Shown here: piece after piece, positions 49,881 through 61,704 of the stretch
Numbering within the stretch: position 1 is the stretch's first letter
Layout of the letters: every line of letters starts with the position of its first letter
NCBI GenBank assembly: GCA_038087875.1
Contig: CM075989.1
Span: 2,170,001-2,234,000 of the forward strand
DNA from: Malacoraja senta
Taxonomy: Eukaryota
Direction: 5' to 3'
Length of the DNA stretch: 64,000 bases
Notes under the pieces: generated by a model
Seen by the model: the letters and a program-made list of their open reading frames with translations, nothing else
Database searches by the model: none
What the model was told of the DNA's origin: nothing
Translations under genes and position numbers: made by a program

Positions 49881-51654
49881 AGGCCCAATACTGTCAAACG
49901 CTCGTTGGAGAAGCAAGGCGGGAGGGAGGGTGAGTGAGGGGTGGAATGTGGAGAAAGAACATCAGCATTTTCCAACAACATTAATACTGAAGGCGATTGG
50001 ATTCAGGCTGGTCTGGACAAGAATAATCCTTAAATATGGGGAATTAAATTCAGCATTGAAAAATATAAGTAATGAGATCGGGGAATAAGAATAACAATGA
50101 GACGTTCAACTTAATGGTGTCAGACTACAAAATGCAGAACAGAGAGAGGGAATGTTGTAAATGAGGTGGATTACAGGAATTATAACAACTTTCATTTACT
50201 TCATTTTGGTGACTTCAGAGCTGTAAAACTACACAAAGCTCTTCGTAGGCAGTATTTGATGTCATTTGAAGTAAATCAAACAAAAAAAATCCCACAAAAT
50301 GCTGAAGTAACTCGGCAGGTCAGGCAGCATCTGTGGAGGACATGGAGAGGTGATGGGTCGGGACCTCATTCAGACTGATTAGAGAAGGGTGAAAAAGCTT
50401 GTAGTGAGGGCTCGAAAGAAGGGTCTTGACCCGAAACATCGCCTATTCCTTTTCTCCAGAGATGCTGCCTGTCCCGCTGAGTTACTCCAGCCTTTTGCGC
50501 CTATCCTGGCAAGTGATAGGTGGATACGTGAGGGGGGTGAATTTGCAGAAGGGTAGACAAAGGCCTGAGATGAAAAGGAGGCAAAAGGATGTCAGACAAG
50601 GTGATGAGGTGAGGAGTATAATGTAAAGCCAGAGGGAGGTGTATAGATACGCGGGAATGCAGGGTGCATTGGCGGTGCGGGGGGGAGGGGAGAGGAAATG
50701 GATGCAGGATAGTTGGAGAAATCAATGCAGGCCGAGATGTGACACAGAAAGAGAGGTGTGAAAAACAATGTGGCTGGGGATTGTTTACTTAATGTAGGAT
50801 AATTTAATATTCATACTGTTTGGTTATAAATAGGTGCAGGAGTAGGCCATTCGGCCCTTCGAGCCAGCACCACCATTCAATGTGATCATGGCCGATCGTC
50901 CCCAATCAGTACCTCGTTCCTTCCTAAACTACCCAAGCAGAATACGAGGGGCTGTTCGTCCAATTTGCGTGAGGCCTCACTCTGGCAATGGAGGAGGCCC
51001 AGGGCAGAGAGGTCAGTGTGGCAACGGAAGGGGAGTTAACATGATTAGCAAGAGGCTGGGCCAGAAATAGAAGAAATGTATATTTAAAAGACACTTGGAG
51101 AGGTACATGGATAAAAGAAAAGATGTAGAAACATATGGTCCAAATGCAGGGAAGTGGGACTAGCTTAGATGGGGCATCTTGGTCAGTATGGACGGGTTGG
51201 GCTGAAGGGCCTGTTTCTGTGCTGTATGACTCTAAATGGATTAGTGTAACCAAGCACGTGATACTATGGCTAACGTAATGCTGATCTACAATATAATATT
51301 TAGTCCAGGACATATTTTATTGGCACCATGCCTTGCACTGGGGCAGGTTCAGCAACGTGGTCCACTTTCTAGCACCTGGTTAGTGTGAGCTCGGACTGCC
51401 CAGGCTGGGGACGGGGGTTGAAATAGAGACAACTCAGAAATGGGCCTACACAACCAGACATGCAGAAATGGGATTACACTCAGATCACAGAAGGTGAACG
51501 GATTACACAAATGCAAATCATTTATGGACAAAATGATAAATCTTTGGAATAAAATGCCCACGGAGGCATTCAAAGATGCTAGCATAAAACAATAGGTGCC
51601 AAAGATAATTAGTTCATGCCAGAGGTAGTGAACTGTAGATGTTCTGAGATCTTA

Positions 51655-53370
51655 GAAACATAGAAAAATAGAAAATAGGTGCAGGAGGTGGCCATTCGAA
51701 CCTTCGAGCCAGCACCGCCATTCATTGTGATCATGGCTGACAGTCCCCGATTAATAACCCGTGACTGCCTTCTCCCCATATCCCTTGATTCCACTAGCCC
51801 CTAGAGCTCTATCTAACTCTCTCTTAAATCCATCCAGAGATTTGGCCTTCACTCCCCTCTGACAGTCCCACCATCCCAGGGATCAACCTTATGAACCTAC
51901 GCTGCATTGCCTCAATCACAAGGATGTCCTTCCTCAAATTAGGAGACCAAAACTGTACACAATACTCCAGATGTGGTCTTACCAGAGCCCTATACAACTG
52001 CAGAAGAACCTCTTTACTCCTATACTGAAATCCTCTTGTTATGAAGGCCAACATTTCATTAGCTTTCTTCACTCCCTGCTGTACCTGCACGCCAAATTTC
52101 AGTGACTGATGTACAAGGACGCCCAGGTCTCGCTGCACCTCCCCCTTACCTAACCTAACCCCATTGAGATAATAATCTGCCTCCTTGTTTTTGCCGCCAA
52201 AGTGGATAACCTCACATTTATCTATATTATACTGCATCTGCCACGCATCTGCCCACTCACTCAACCTGTCCAGGTCACCTTGCAACCTCCTAACATCCTC
52301 TTCGCAGTTCACACTGCCACCCAGCTTTGTGTCATCCGCAAACTTGCTAGTGTTGCTCCTAAGTCCCTCTTCTAAATCATTAATATATATGGTAAACAGT
52401 TGCGGCCCCAACACCGAGCCTTGCGGCACTCCACTCGCCACTGCCTGCCATTCTGAAAAGGATCCGTTCACTCCTACTCTTTGCTTCCAGTCTGCCAACC
52501 AATTTTCTATCCATGTCAACACCCTACCCCCAATACCATGTGCTCTAATTTTAGTCACCAGTCTTCCGTGCGGGACCTTACCAAAGGCTTTCTGAAAGTC
52601 TAGATACACTACATCCACTGGCTCCCCTTCATCCATTTTACTTGTCACATCCTCAAAAAATTCCAGAAGATTAGTCAAGCATGATTTCTCTTTCATAAAT
52701 CCATGTTGACTTGGACTAATCCTTTTACTACTATCCAAATGCCCCATCATTACCTCTTTAATAATTGACTCCAGCATCTTTCCCACCACCGAAGTCAGGC
52801 TAACTGGTCTGTAATTCCCCGTTTTCTCTCTCGCTCCTTTCTTGAAAAGTGGGATAACATTAGCTATCCTCCAATCCACAGGAACTGATCCTGAACTATT
52901 GAACATTGGAAAATGATCACCAATGCGTCCACTATTTCTAGAGCCACCTCCCTGAGGACCCTGGGATGCAGACCATCAGGCCAGGGGATTTTATCATCCT
53001 TCAGTCCCATTAGCCTACCCAATGCTATTTCTCGCCTGATGAAAATTTCTTTCAGTTCCTCTACCCCCTTAAATCCTCTGTCTTCCAGTACATCTGGGAG
53101 ATTGTTTGTCTTCCTTAGTGAAGACAGATCCGAAGTACCTGTTCAACTTCTGCGATTTCCTTGTTGCCCATAATAATTTCACCCGTGTCTGCCTTCAAGG
53201 GACCCACATTTGACTTTGCTATTCTTTTTCCTTTAACATATCTAAAGAAGCTTTTACTGTCCTTCTTTATATTCCTGGCCAGCTTCCCCTCGTACTTCAT
53301 CTTTTCAGCCCGTATTGCCCGTTTTGTTTCCTTCTGTTGTCCTATGAGAGTTTCCCAATCCTCTGTCTTC
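51655..53370 (-). mobile_element. CR1 (HER1-like) LINE fragment with RT domain and internal deletion
   Basis: ORF 51824-52906 (YRPVSLTS..QHGF..SCLTNL..DFQKAF..GVPQGSVLGP..FADDTK); jumps from GLS to the 3' end at about 51860; (catagaaa)n tail. Confidence 0.95.
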
Positions 53371-53476
53371 CACAGTATGTAGTCTCATGGTTTTAGTTAC
53401 GAGCACTTGTCCGTTAGTATTGGATCAACACATGAAGGTTACCGGGTTCAATTGAATGGAAACACATCACACGAAG

Positions 53477-53770
53477 GGTGGCACGGTGGCACAGCGATAG
53501 AGTTGCTGCCTTACAGCGCCAGAGACCCGGGTTCAATCCTGACTACGGGTGCTGTCTGTATGGAGTTTGTACATTGTCTCCGTGACCTGCGTGGGTTTTT
53601 CCCGGGTGCTCCAGTTTCTTCCCACTCTCCAAATATGTACAGGTTTATAGGTTAATTGGCTTGGTATCATTGTAAATTGTCTCTAGTGTGTGTAGGATAG
53701 TATTAATGTGTGGGGATCGCTAGTTGGTGGGCCGAAGGGCCTGCATTTCTGAACTAAACTAAATTAAACT
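53477..53770 (+). mobile_element. V-SINE
   Basis: ggtggcacagcgatagagttgctgccttacagcgccagagacccgggttcaatcc... Confidence 0.9.
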
Positions 53771-54396
53771 GAACAAGTATAACTAGTTTATTATAATTAT
53801 TTTCAATTTGATAGAAAGCATGGATGTGACAGGATATCTAACTCGAAAACCATTCCTTATTCTATCACTGATGGAATAGGCTACCGCATAGTTCACAGAT
53901 GTGCATGCAAATGTTCAGTGTCTTGTAGTCTGACCCATTTTCTACCATCTTTAAGAATATAGCGATGTGCCTCTCTTGAACATTCCACCTTCAGTGTTGC
54001 TACTTTGCACAACTAGATGGCTTGTTTGCCATGCTACTGGAGAGTTTTTTGCCCTCAGAGTGGGAGAGAGGCAGGCCAGATTCTTTTCTTTGAACAGAGA
54101 AGGTTGAGGAGTGGAGATGCCAGGAATTGCAGATGCTGGGATCTTGTGCAAAACGCAATGTGCTGGAAGAAATCAACGGGTCAGGCAGCATCTGGGGAGG
54201 GAATAGACAGGTCTGGACCCATCTTCAGACACAGGGAGAAGAAGAGCCCAGACTTGAAACATTGCCTGTCCATTCCTTCCCCAGCTGCTGCTTGACCCAC
54301 GGATTTACTCCGACACTTTGTATTTAGCTCAGTGATGACAGGCAGCATCTGTGGAGGGAATGGACAGACGGCAATGGACAGATGGAATGGACAGAT

Positions 54397-54629
54397 GGCG
54401 ACCAGAAAAAGATACGACTCTTGGGGCGACTACCCACGACCATACAGGTGTCACCCCGTAAGATGTCGGCACGTGACGCCTGCGTGGTCGTGAGTTGTCG
54501 CCCACAAAGTCGTACCTTCTTCTGGTCGGCGCTGGATTTTCAACATGTTGAACATTTTCGGCCACCTGCTGTGACTATGACGGGGTGCCGGCAAGTCGCT
54601 GAAAACATCGCGTATGTGGGACGGGCCCT
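54397..54629. mobile_element. PIF/Harbinger-like MITE (subfamily B), left end lost
   Basis: Internal sequence matches 15258-15587; ends gtgggacgggccct followed by tta. Confidence 0.8.
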
Positions 54630-54910
54630 TTAGTGTGTGCAACATGCAGCTGAAAGGAAAGAGTTTTAATTCTGAGGTAATGGCACAAGTATTGTGACAG
54701 CTGCTTAATGTAGACATTTGAATAAAGAGCATATGGCAGCCAAGGTAAATGAGGTTTATCCGTGGAGCGGAGGAGACTGGGGGAGGGCAGGTGGTGTCGG
54801 CAACAACCAAGGCACAACCTGAGAGAGCGCAGGTTATGAACGATCGATAGACACAAAAAGCTGGAGTAACTCAGCGGGACAGGCAGCATCTCTGGAGAGA
54901 AGGAATGGGT

Positions 54911-54938
54911 GACGTTTCGGGTCAAGACCCTTCTTCAG
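54911..54938 (-). ncRNA. Minimal type-I hammerhead ribozyme motif
   Basis: Minus strand CTGAAGA AGGGTCTTGACCC GAAACGTC within pLTR-derived repeat 54846-54943. Confidence 0.75.
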
Positions 54939-55102
54939 ACTGATTATAAACTCCTGTAGGACTCCTATAAACGTTCCTTAGGTCAGCGACGCATGATGGG
55001 GAACATCACAGGGAAGTTGGCAAGAGAGGAACGTCCCAAACAACGGTCGCAGATGAGGTAAATGGCCTGGGGAACGTGGGGGGGGGGGGGGGGGGGGGGG
55101 CC

Positions 55103-55360
55103 TCAATGAAACCTACCGAACAGTGAAAGACCTAGATAGAGTGAATGTGGAGAGGATGTTTCCACTAGTGGGCGAACCTAGGACCAGAGGTCATAGCCTC
55201 AGAATAAAAGGATATTCCTCTAGATATTCCTCAGTGGATGATTGACAGATTCTTGATTAATACGGGTGAGTGGGAAAGATGGGTCGGCCATGATTGAATG
55301 GTGTAGTACACTTGATGGGCTGAATTGCCTAATTTAGCTCTTAGATCTAATGAACTTATG
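55103..55360 (+). mobile_element. CR1 3' fragment
   Basis: gatgtttccactagtggg..aggaccagaggtcatagcctcagaat. Confidence 0.75.
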
Positions 55361-55428
55361 AAGGCGCAGACAGCATTGAACTGACAGGATGTCAACTCAA
55401 ACACAACGCTGCAACGGCTGTGAGGTAT

Positions 55429-55863
55429 AGGGCCTGTCCCACCAGCATGCGACTGCATGCAGCAAGGGTGACCAAACCGGAAGCGGGGGCCGCGCGGAGA
55501 TCGAGTGATCCCCGTACAGGGCCGGTCCCACGAGCATGCGACTGCATGCGGCGAGCGCGACCAAACCGGAAGCGGGGGCCGCGCGGAGGTTGAGTGAGTG
55601 ACGTGAAGTTCGAGCGAAGTCCGCGGGAAGTTCGCGCGTGACGTACGGCGTCGAGGCGGCTGCGGGCCGGCAGGCCGTTGCCGCGCGGAATTTTTGAACA
55701 GTGTCAGTTTTTCGGAGCCACGCGTGATGTCGGGACCAGCTCCGCACAACTCCATACGGCTCCGGCGATCGAAGTGGGACCGGCCCCGCGAGGCCGTATG
55801 GCTCAAGCGACCACGTTAGGTCGTGCTTGCTGCATGCAGTCGCATGCTTGTGGGACAGGTCCT
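55429..55863. mobile_element. PIF/Harbinger-like MITE (subfamily E), very CpG-rich, duplicated left end
   Basis: TIR agggcctgtcccaccagcatgcgactgcatgcagcaag / cttgctgcatgcagtcgcatgcttgtgggacaggtcct; a second left end starts at 55518. Confidence 0.85.
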
Positions 55864-56336
55864 TTAGTCTAGTCCCCTTCACCCAACTGTGAAGGAGCTT
55901 GTTGGCAGACGGGCACGAGAATGGGAGCAAGAGTATGGTGTTACAATCACACAGAGATGTCAGCCAGACCAGTGTCTCGGGGGACAAATCCAATATTGTT
56001 AGATTCATAAGCTGTTTCTCCCTGTAGGTCATTTTGGAAAATGACTGCAGTTTGATATTACCACGGCAAATCTCTCCATGTGTACTGGCTCCTTCTGGCA
56101 GACAGATGAAAACTCCATAGCAAGCGGAACCTCGGGGCACAAGATGATAATATCAAAGGATAGCAATCTGTTCAGGGAACAGATCTGACTGCTCAGCACT
56201 CATTAAAACTGGATTCACTGTAGAGGGGGGTGAAAGAAATCATCTCCCTTCATCAGATTGTGTCATTCCATGAGTGACGTTACTGCAGCAATGGTGTAAT
56301 TACCAGGAGGATGGGAAGACTTGCTCGGGTGAGAAT

Positions 56337-56536
56337 NNNNNNNNNNNNNNNNNNNNNNNNNNNNNNNNNNNNNNNNNNNNNNNNNNNNNNNNNNNNNNNN
56401 NNNNNNNNNNNNNNNNNNNNNNNNNNNNNNNNNNNNNNNNNNNNNNNNNNNNNNNNNNNNNNNNNNNNNNNNNNNNNNNNNNNNNNNNNNNNNNNNNNNN
56501 NNNNNNNNNNNNNNNNNNNNNNNNNNNNNNNNNNNN
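56337..56536. other. Assembly gap (200 N)
   Basis: Run of exactly 200 N, probably a fixed-size placeholder. Confidence 0.99.
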
Positions 56537-56643
56537 ATGAAGGCTAAATACATTGACACATCTATTTATTACCTTACATTCTATGTTGGTCATTCCCCCC
56601 CCCCACACTTCCCCAGTATATTAGCCAGATTATAACCTGCTCA

Positions 56644-56822
56644 TGTGCAGGAAGGAACTGCAGATGCTGGTTTAAACCAAAGATAGACACATAATGCTGG
56701 AGTAACTCAGCAGGACAGGCAGCATCTCTGGACAGAAGGAATGGGTGACGTTTCGGGTTGAGATCCTTCTTCAGATTGAAGAAGGGTTTCGACCCGAAAC
56801 GTCACCCAGCATTTTGTGTATA
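56644..56822. repeat. Penelope pLTR-derived repeat with inverted hammerhead pair (minus 56747-56774, plus 56776-56803)
   Basis: gacgtttcgggttgagatccttcttcag-a-ttgaagaagggtttcgacccgaaacgtc. Confidence 0.8.
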
Positions 56823-57279
56823 ACCTTCCTTATAATTCTCAAAATTCCCAACAACATCCAGTAAAACATGAGTTCCCATGCGATGGATATAACGTGATGG
56901 ATAGAATAGAGAATGTATTCGTACTATGCAGGGTGTATTAGTTTGTAACAGGATTTGTTCAGGAACTACACACCCATTAAAAACTTACTTTGGAATTTGG
57001 CAAGCAGATAAAAGCTATCTTGGAAAAAGAAGTTTGCATGTAACCTCCTGGCAGAACTATCTGTAAAAATGCCACTGGATGTAGATGGTTCCATCTGACC
57101 AAGACACAGAGAGGTTTGATCGAACAACCTCTCTCAGTCTTATTTCTACACCATGATGCTGTGGCTTGGAACACAGAACAACGTGGAAAGTAACTCACTG
57201 GAGCATGCCCCTTATTAACATCACCTCCTTCAAAGCACACGCCAGGCACACACATGCTCAGCAATAAATAGGCACTCAC

Positions 57280-57303
57280 CATAAAAGGGATTCTCCAGAA
57301 TTT
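57280..57303 (-). CDS. NTRK3: 24-bp juxtamembrane microexon of TrkC (phase 1-1), encodes (E)ILENPFY
   Basis: ccttttgatttgtttcctctgcag|AAATTCTGGAGAATCCCTTTTATG|gtgagt: strong acceptor and donor, exactly 24 nt, upstream of the TM exon. Mammalian NTRK3 has a 24-nt alternatively spliced exon (ESTDNFIL) at this position. Confidence 0.75.
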
Positions 57304-57626
57304 CTGCAGAGGAAACAAATCAAAAGGAAATTTTTTAGTTTGAAAGAAACAGACTGGGTGATTCAATTTGTGGATCGATCCCTGATGGAACGGTCCATTG
57401 GAGCTGCAACTGGTCACGTCATCAGCACAGCCTGAAGGAGTGTCCCGAACTGAAACATGACCCATCCATGCCCTCCAGAGATGCTCCCTGACCCGCAGAG
57501 TCACTCCAGTACTTTGCGGGTTTTTCTGCAAGGCAGTAACTCTACTGCCGTGCCATCGTGTTGCCAAACTCTTCTGAGATCTGATGAAAGGCTGTTAACT
57601 CTGCCTGGATCATTCCTGTCTCCAAC

Positions 57627-57927
57627 TTAGTTTAGTTTAGCTTAGAGATACAGCGCGGAAACAGGCCATTTGGCCAGCTGAGTCTGCACCCACCAGCGAT
57701 CCCCGCACACTAACACTATCCTACATACACAAGGGACAAGTTACATTTATACCAAGCCAATTAACCTGCAAACCTGTACGTCTTTGGAGTGCGGGAGGAG
57801 ACCGAACATCTCAGAGAAATCCCACGCGGGTCATGGGGATAACGTACAAACTCCATACAGACAGCACCGGTAGTCAGGATCGACCTGGGTCTCTGGCGCT
57901 GCAAGGCAGCAACTCTACCGCTGCGCC
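57627..57927 (-). mobile_element. V-SINE
   Basis: (tttag)n tail, V-domain and head. Confidence 0.9.
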
Positions 57928-58234
57928 CAACTCTTCTGACATCTGATGAAAGGCTGTTAACTCTGCCGGGATCATTCCTAACCTGCTAAATATTTCCAGC
58001 ATTTTCAGGTGGTTTCATTTCGATTGCTGTATTTGACGAGTGTTGCCTTGCCATCAGCACCTCTATTTCACCAGGAAGACTCCATCTCATGAACTACAAT
58101 CTATCCCACATGGTCCACAGTGATGTCTCTGGGCTCTGTAGATTTTCCCTGATACCTCAGCCTCTCTCTTCATATAGAAACCATCTTTATGTAACAACAT
58201 GTCGAGTATACAGTCAGAAGTGGAACTCAGTGTC

Positions 58235-58500
58235 TAAACCTTTTTTTCCCAGGATGGAAATGTCAATTGCTAGAGAGCATGACATTAATGTTAGAGCAGG
58301 GATGTGGAAATATGTGGAAGAAGCCATTTCCACAGAGGGTGGTGTGTGCCTGGAACGCGCGGGCAGGGGTAGTGGTGGAGACAGATACAACAGTGGCATT
58401 TAAGGGGCTCTTGGATAGGCACGTGGATATGGAGAGAATCGAGGGTTGAGATACAGGCAGATCCGAGTTGTTCTTGCACAGACATTGTGCCCTTCACCGT
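58235..58500 (+). mobile_element. Old CR1 3' fragment
   Basis: ORF 58267-58449 (PQRVVCAWNA..FKGLLDRH). Confidence 0.7.
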
Positions 58501-59004
58501 TCTATTTAAACAAAATTTAAAAATGAGGCTAATATTCAGCTTTTCTAGAACAGGGGATGATCACAAAGAATAAAAGCTCATTTGTAATTTTGACCAGGAC
58601 TTAGCTGAGAAAAAAAGATACCTTCTAATCTTCCATAGAGATTTCATGAACTGCACATACTTGAACACTCATCAATTTACATTCTTGTTACCCAGTCAAA
58701 TTTTTCAGTAGCACACCATTAATCCAGCCTAATCCCTTTCACAATAATCGTTGCTGAAAGGATTCTCACGCACTTTATTTGTGAGAATTATATTGACTGC
58801 CTCAGTCACGTCTCTGAACTAATTAATTCACCTCCATTGTCAGTCCAACACTTCGTTAGTATACTGTACTCAGTTGATTTTTAGCAAGATTTTATCGAGA
58901 ATAAATGTTCCTTTTCTACAAATAGGAACCCTGAACCACGTGTTCAGGTCAATAACATTCCTACCGTTAATCCATATCTTTAGCGCCAAAGACGACAGCC
59001 TTAC

Positions 59005-59315
59005 TAGTTTTAGTTTTAGAGATACAGCGAGGAAGCAGGCCATTTTTGGCCCACCGAGTCCGCGCCGACCAGCAATCCCTGTACACTAGTGCTATCCTAC
59101 ACACTAGGGACAATTTACAATCTTTACCGAAGCCAATTAACTACAAATCTGTACGTCTTTGGAGTGTGGGAGGAAACCGGAGTACCCGGAGAAAACCCAC
59201 ACAGTCACGGGGAGAATGTACAAACTCCACACAGACAGCATCCATGGTCAGGATCGAACCCGGTTCTCTGGCACTGTAAGGCAGCAACTTTACTGCTGAG
59301 CCACAGTGCTGCCCC
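59005..59315 (-). mobile_element. V-SINE
   Basis: Family motifs. Confidence 0.88.
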
Positions 59316-60189
59316 AAGGCCAGCTAAAGCCATGTGTTATTGGAACATTTGCAACAAGAGCGGAGGGCATCCTTCAAAATTCTCACAGTTTTCAACATTT
59401 GTCCCCTCTTTTAGCTTTGTATAATCCTTGTCAATTTTACCTGCAACTCTGAGTATGATATTTAAATGCTGACATGTAATTGTAATTAATTTTAATTTTA
59501 CCTCCTTTAGCTTTGATAGCTATTATTATCACACCCCAAAGATGCTGAAGGGGAACATCAGTTTGAAGCACAGGTCACAACTATGATCTGTTTGGGTCAA
59601 TATAATAGTGAGCAAATTTCCTAAAGTTAGTTCATGTTCCACATCAAGGACGGTAACTGCCCTGTGTGGAGGAAGGAACTGCAGATACTGGTTTACACTG
59701 CAGATAGACACAAAAAGCTGGAGTAACTCAGCGGGACAGGCAGCTCTCTGGAGAGAAGGGATGGGTGACATGTCTGGTTGAGACCTTTCTTCAGACCAGG
59801 GTCTCGACCCGAAATATCACCAGAGATATTTGTAACTCAGCTTGTCCTGCTTGTTTATAGACAGTTCAATGATTCATACGTACGTGAGGATATTTTAGTG
59901 TGAATAAGTGTGTCAGTGAGAGTTGGTGTGTCAATGAAGGTGGGTGTATGGTGAGGATGGGTGTTCCTGGTGAGCGGGGTCAAGCCCTCTACTAGGCCCA
60001 GCTCGCCCACCATAGACGCTGACTGGACTCACACAGCGAGAGCAAGGAAGTACTCGCAAGCAACTGCCAAGAGCATGGTGGGCCATCAGAGAGTGAGGAA
60101 GGTCGCCTGAAATCGAGGGGACCATCATCCAGCAAGGGGTCCATCGAGATAAGAGAGGATAATTTGGGATAGGAGTTGCTGGCATTTGG

Positions 60190-61385
60190 AAGAGAATGGG
60201 AAAATTATGGACAATCACTATGGCAGGTTATGTCCTACCAACTTGATAGGGCATTTTGAGGAGGTGATGAAGGTGATTGGTGAGGGGAAGGGAGTGGATT
60301 TTGAGAGTGCTTGGATTTTGGTTTGGCATTTGATAAAGGCCCTCACGCTAGGCTGATCCAGAAGATTCAGTTGCGTTAGATCCACAGTGATTGGTAGCTT
60401 GGATTCAGAACTGACTTACCCATAGAAGACAGATGGTTGTGGAGGAAGGACAATATTCAGGCTGGAGGTCTCCGATTAGTGGTGTTCCCTGGGGATCTGT
60501 GCTGGGATCTCTGTGGTTTGTGATTATATGAAAATGACTTGGACATAAATGAAGTCTGGTTGATTGGTGAGTTTGCAGACCACACCATAAATGGTGGAGT
60601 TAGGGGTGGTGAAGAAGGCTGTCAAAGGATACAGCAGAATTTTAGATCCATTACGGATATGGGCAGACAAATGGCAGATGGAGTTTAATCCAAGAAAGTG
60701 TTGCATGCTCGGAGATTTCATGTAAGTGGAAGGTATACAGTTAACGGTAAACGGAGAGTATACAGTTAACTAAACAACATGGACGTACACAGCGATCTTG
60801 GGATCCAAGTTCATAGCTCCCTGAAAATGGCAACACAAGTAGATAGAATGGTAAAGAAGGCATGTGGGTTGCTTGCCTTCAATAATTGAGGCTGGAAATG
60901 ATGTTGCAGCCTTACAGGACTTTGGTTCGGCTGCATTTGGGTAATGTGTGCAGTTGTGGTTGCAGAAGAGGGTTACCAGAATGCTGCCTGGATTAGAGAG
61001 TGGTAGCTAGAAGCAGAGAGGTTGAACAAGCTTCGATTGTTTTCTCTCGAGCATCAGAGGTTGAGGGGATACATGATAGAATTTTCAAAAATAATGAAAG
61101 GCATTAATGGGATAACCAGTCAGAACTTTTTTCGCAGGATGGAAATGTCAGAGTATTAATGTCAGAGGGGGAATGTTTGAAGGAGATGTGGGTGCCTGGA
61201 ACACGCTGCTTGGGTGGTGGTGGAGGCAGATACAATAATGGCATTCAAGAGGCTTTAAGATAGGCACATAGAGACATGCAGAGAATGGTGAGATCTCGAT
61301 CACGTACAGGTAAAGGAGATTAGTTCAACTTGGCATCACAGACATTGTTCGCTAAAGGGCCTATTCCTGTTCTGTACCGTTATAT
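60190..61385 (+). mobile_element. Old, heavily degraded CR1 RT region plus 3' end
   Basis: ggtgttccctggggatctgtgctggga (GVP.GSVLG), gtttgcagac (FAD), tggcagatggagtttaatcc (WQMEFNP). Confidence 0.8.
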
Positions 61386-61704
61386 GTGTAGGAAGGAACT
61401 ACAGATGCTGGTTTAAACCGAAGATAGACACAAAACTGCAGTAACTCAGCATCTCTGGAGTAAAGGAAGATGCTGTCTGACCTGCTGAGTTACTCCAGCT
61501 TTTTGTGTCTATCTTCTGTAATGTTCCATGTTCTGTATAGTGAAAGACTCCTGGTACATACTGTAGGTACAAGTAACCAAGTGCTCGAAAAGGAACTGGT
61601 TTAAGAAATCAACCTCTGTTCTCTGCATTGTGCATTAAATGTGCAGTCAGTCACATATACAATGTTGCATTTTGCTTCCGGACTCATTTCATGGCAAACA
61701 TTCC

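Noticed and set aside
54735..54818. Minus-strand acceptor (ctctctcag) followed by Pro/Thr-rich codons, as the missing TrkC stalk exon
   Set aside because: No matching donor giving phase 0 and no similarity to the expected peptide end.
55231..56140. Long ORFs (191 and 247 aa)
   Set aside because: They run through a GC-rich, stop-poor MITE and show no protein-like motifs.
56263..56608. ORFs containing X runs
   Set aside because: Artefacts of the N gap.
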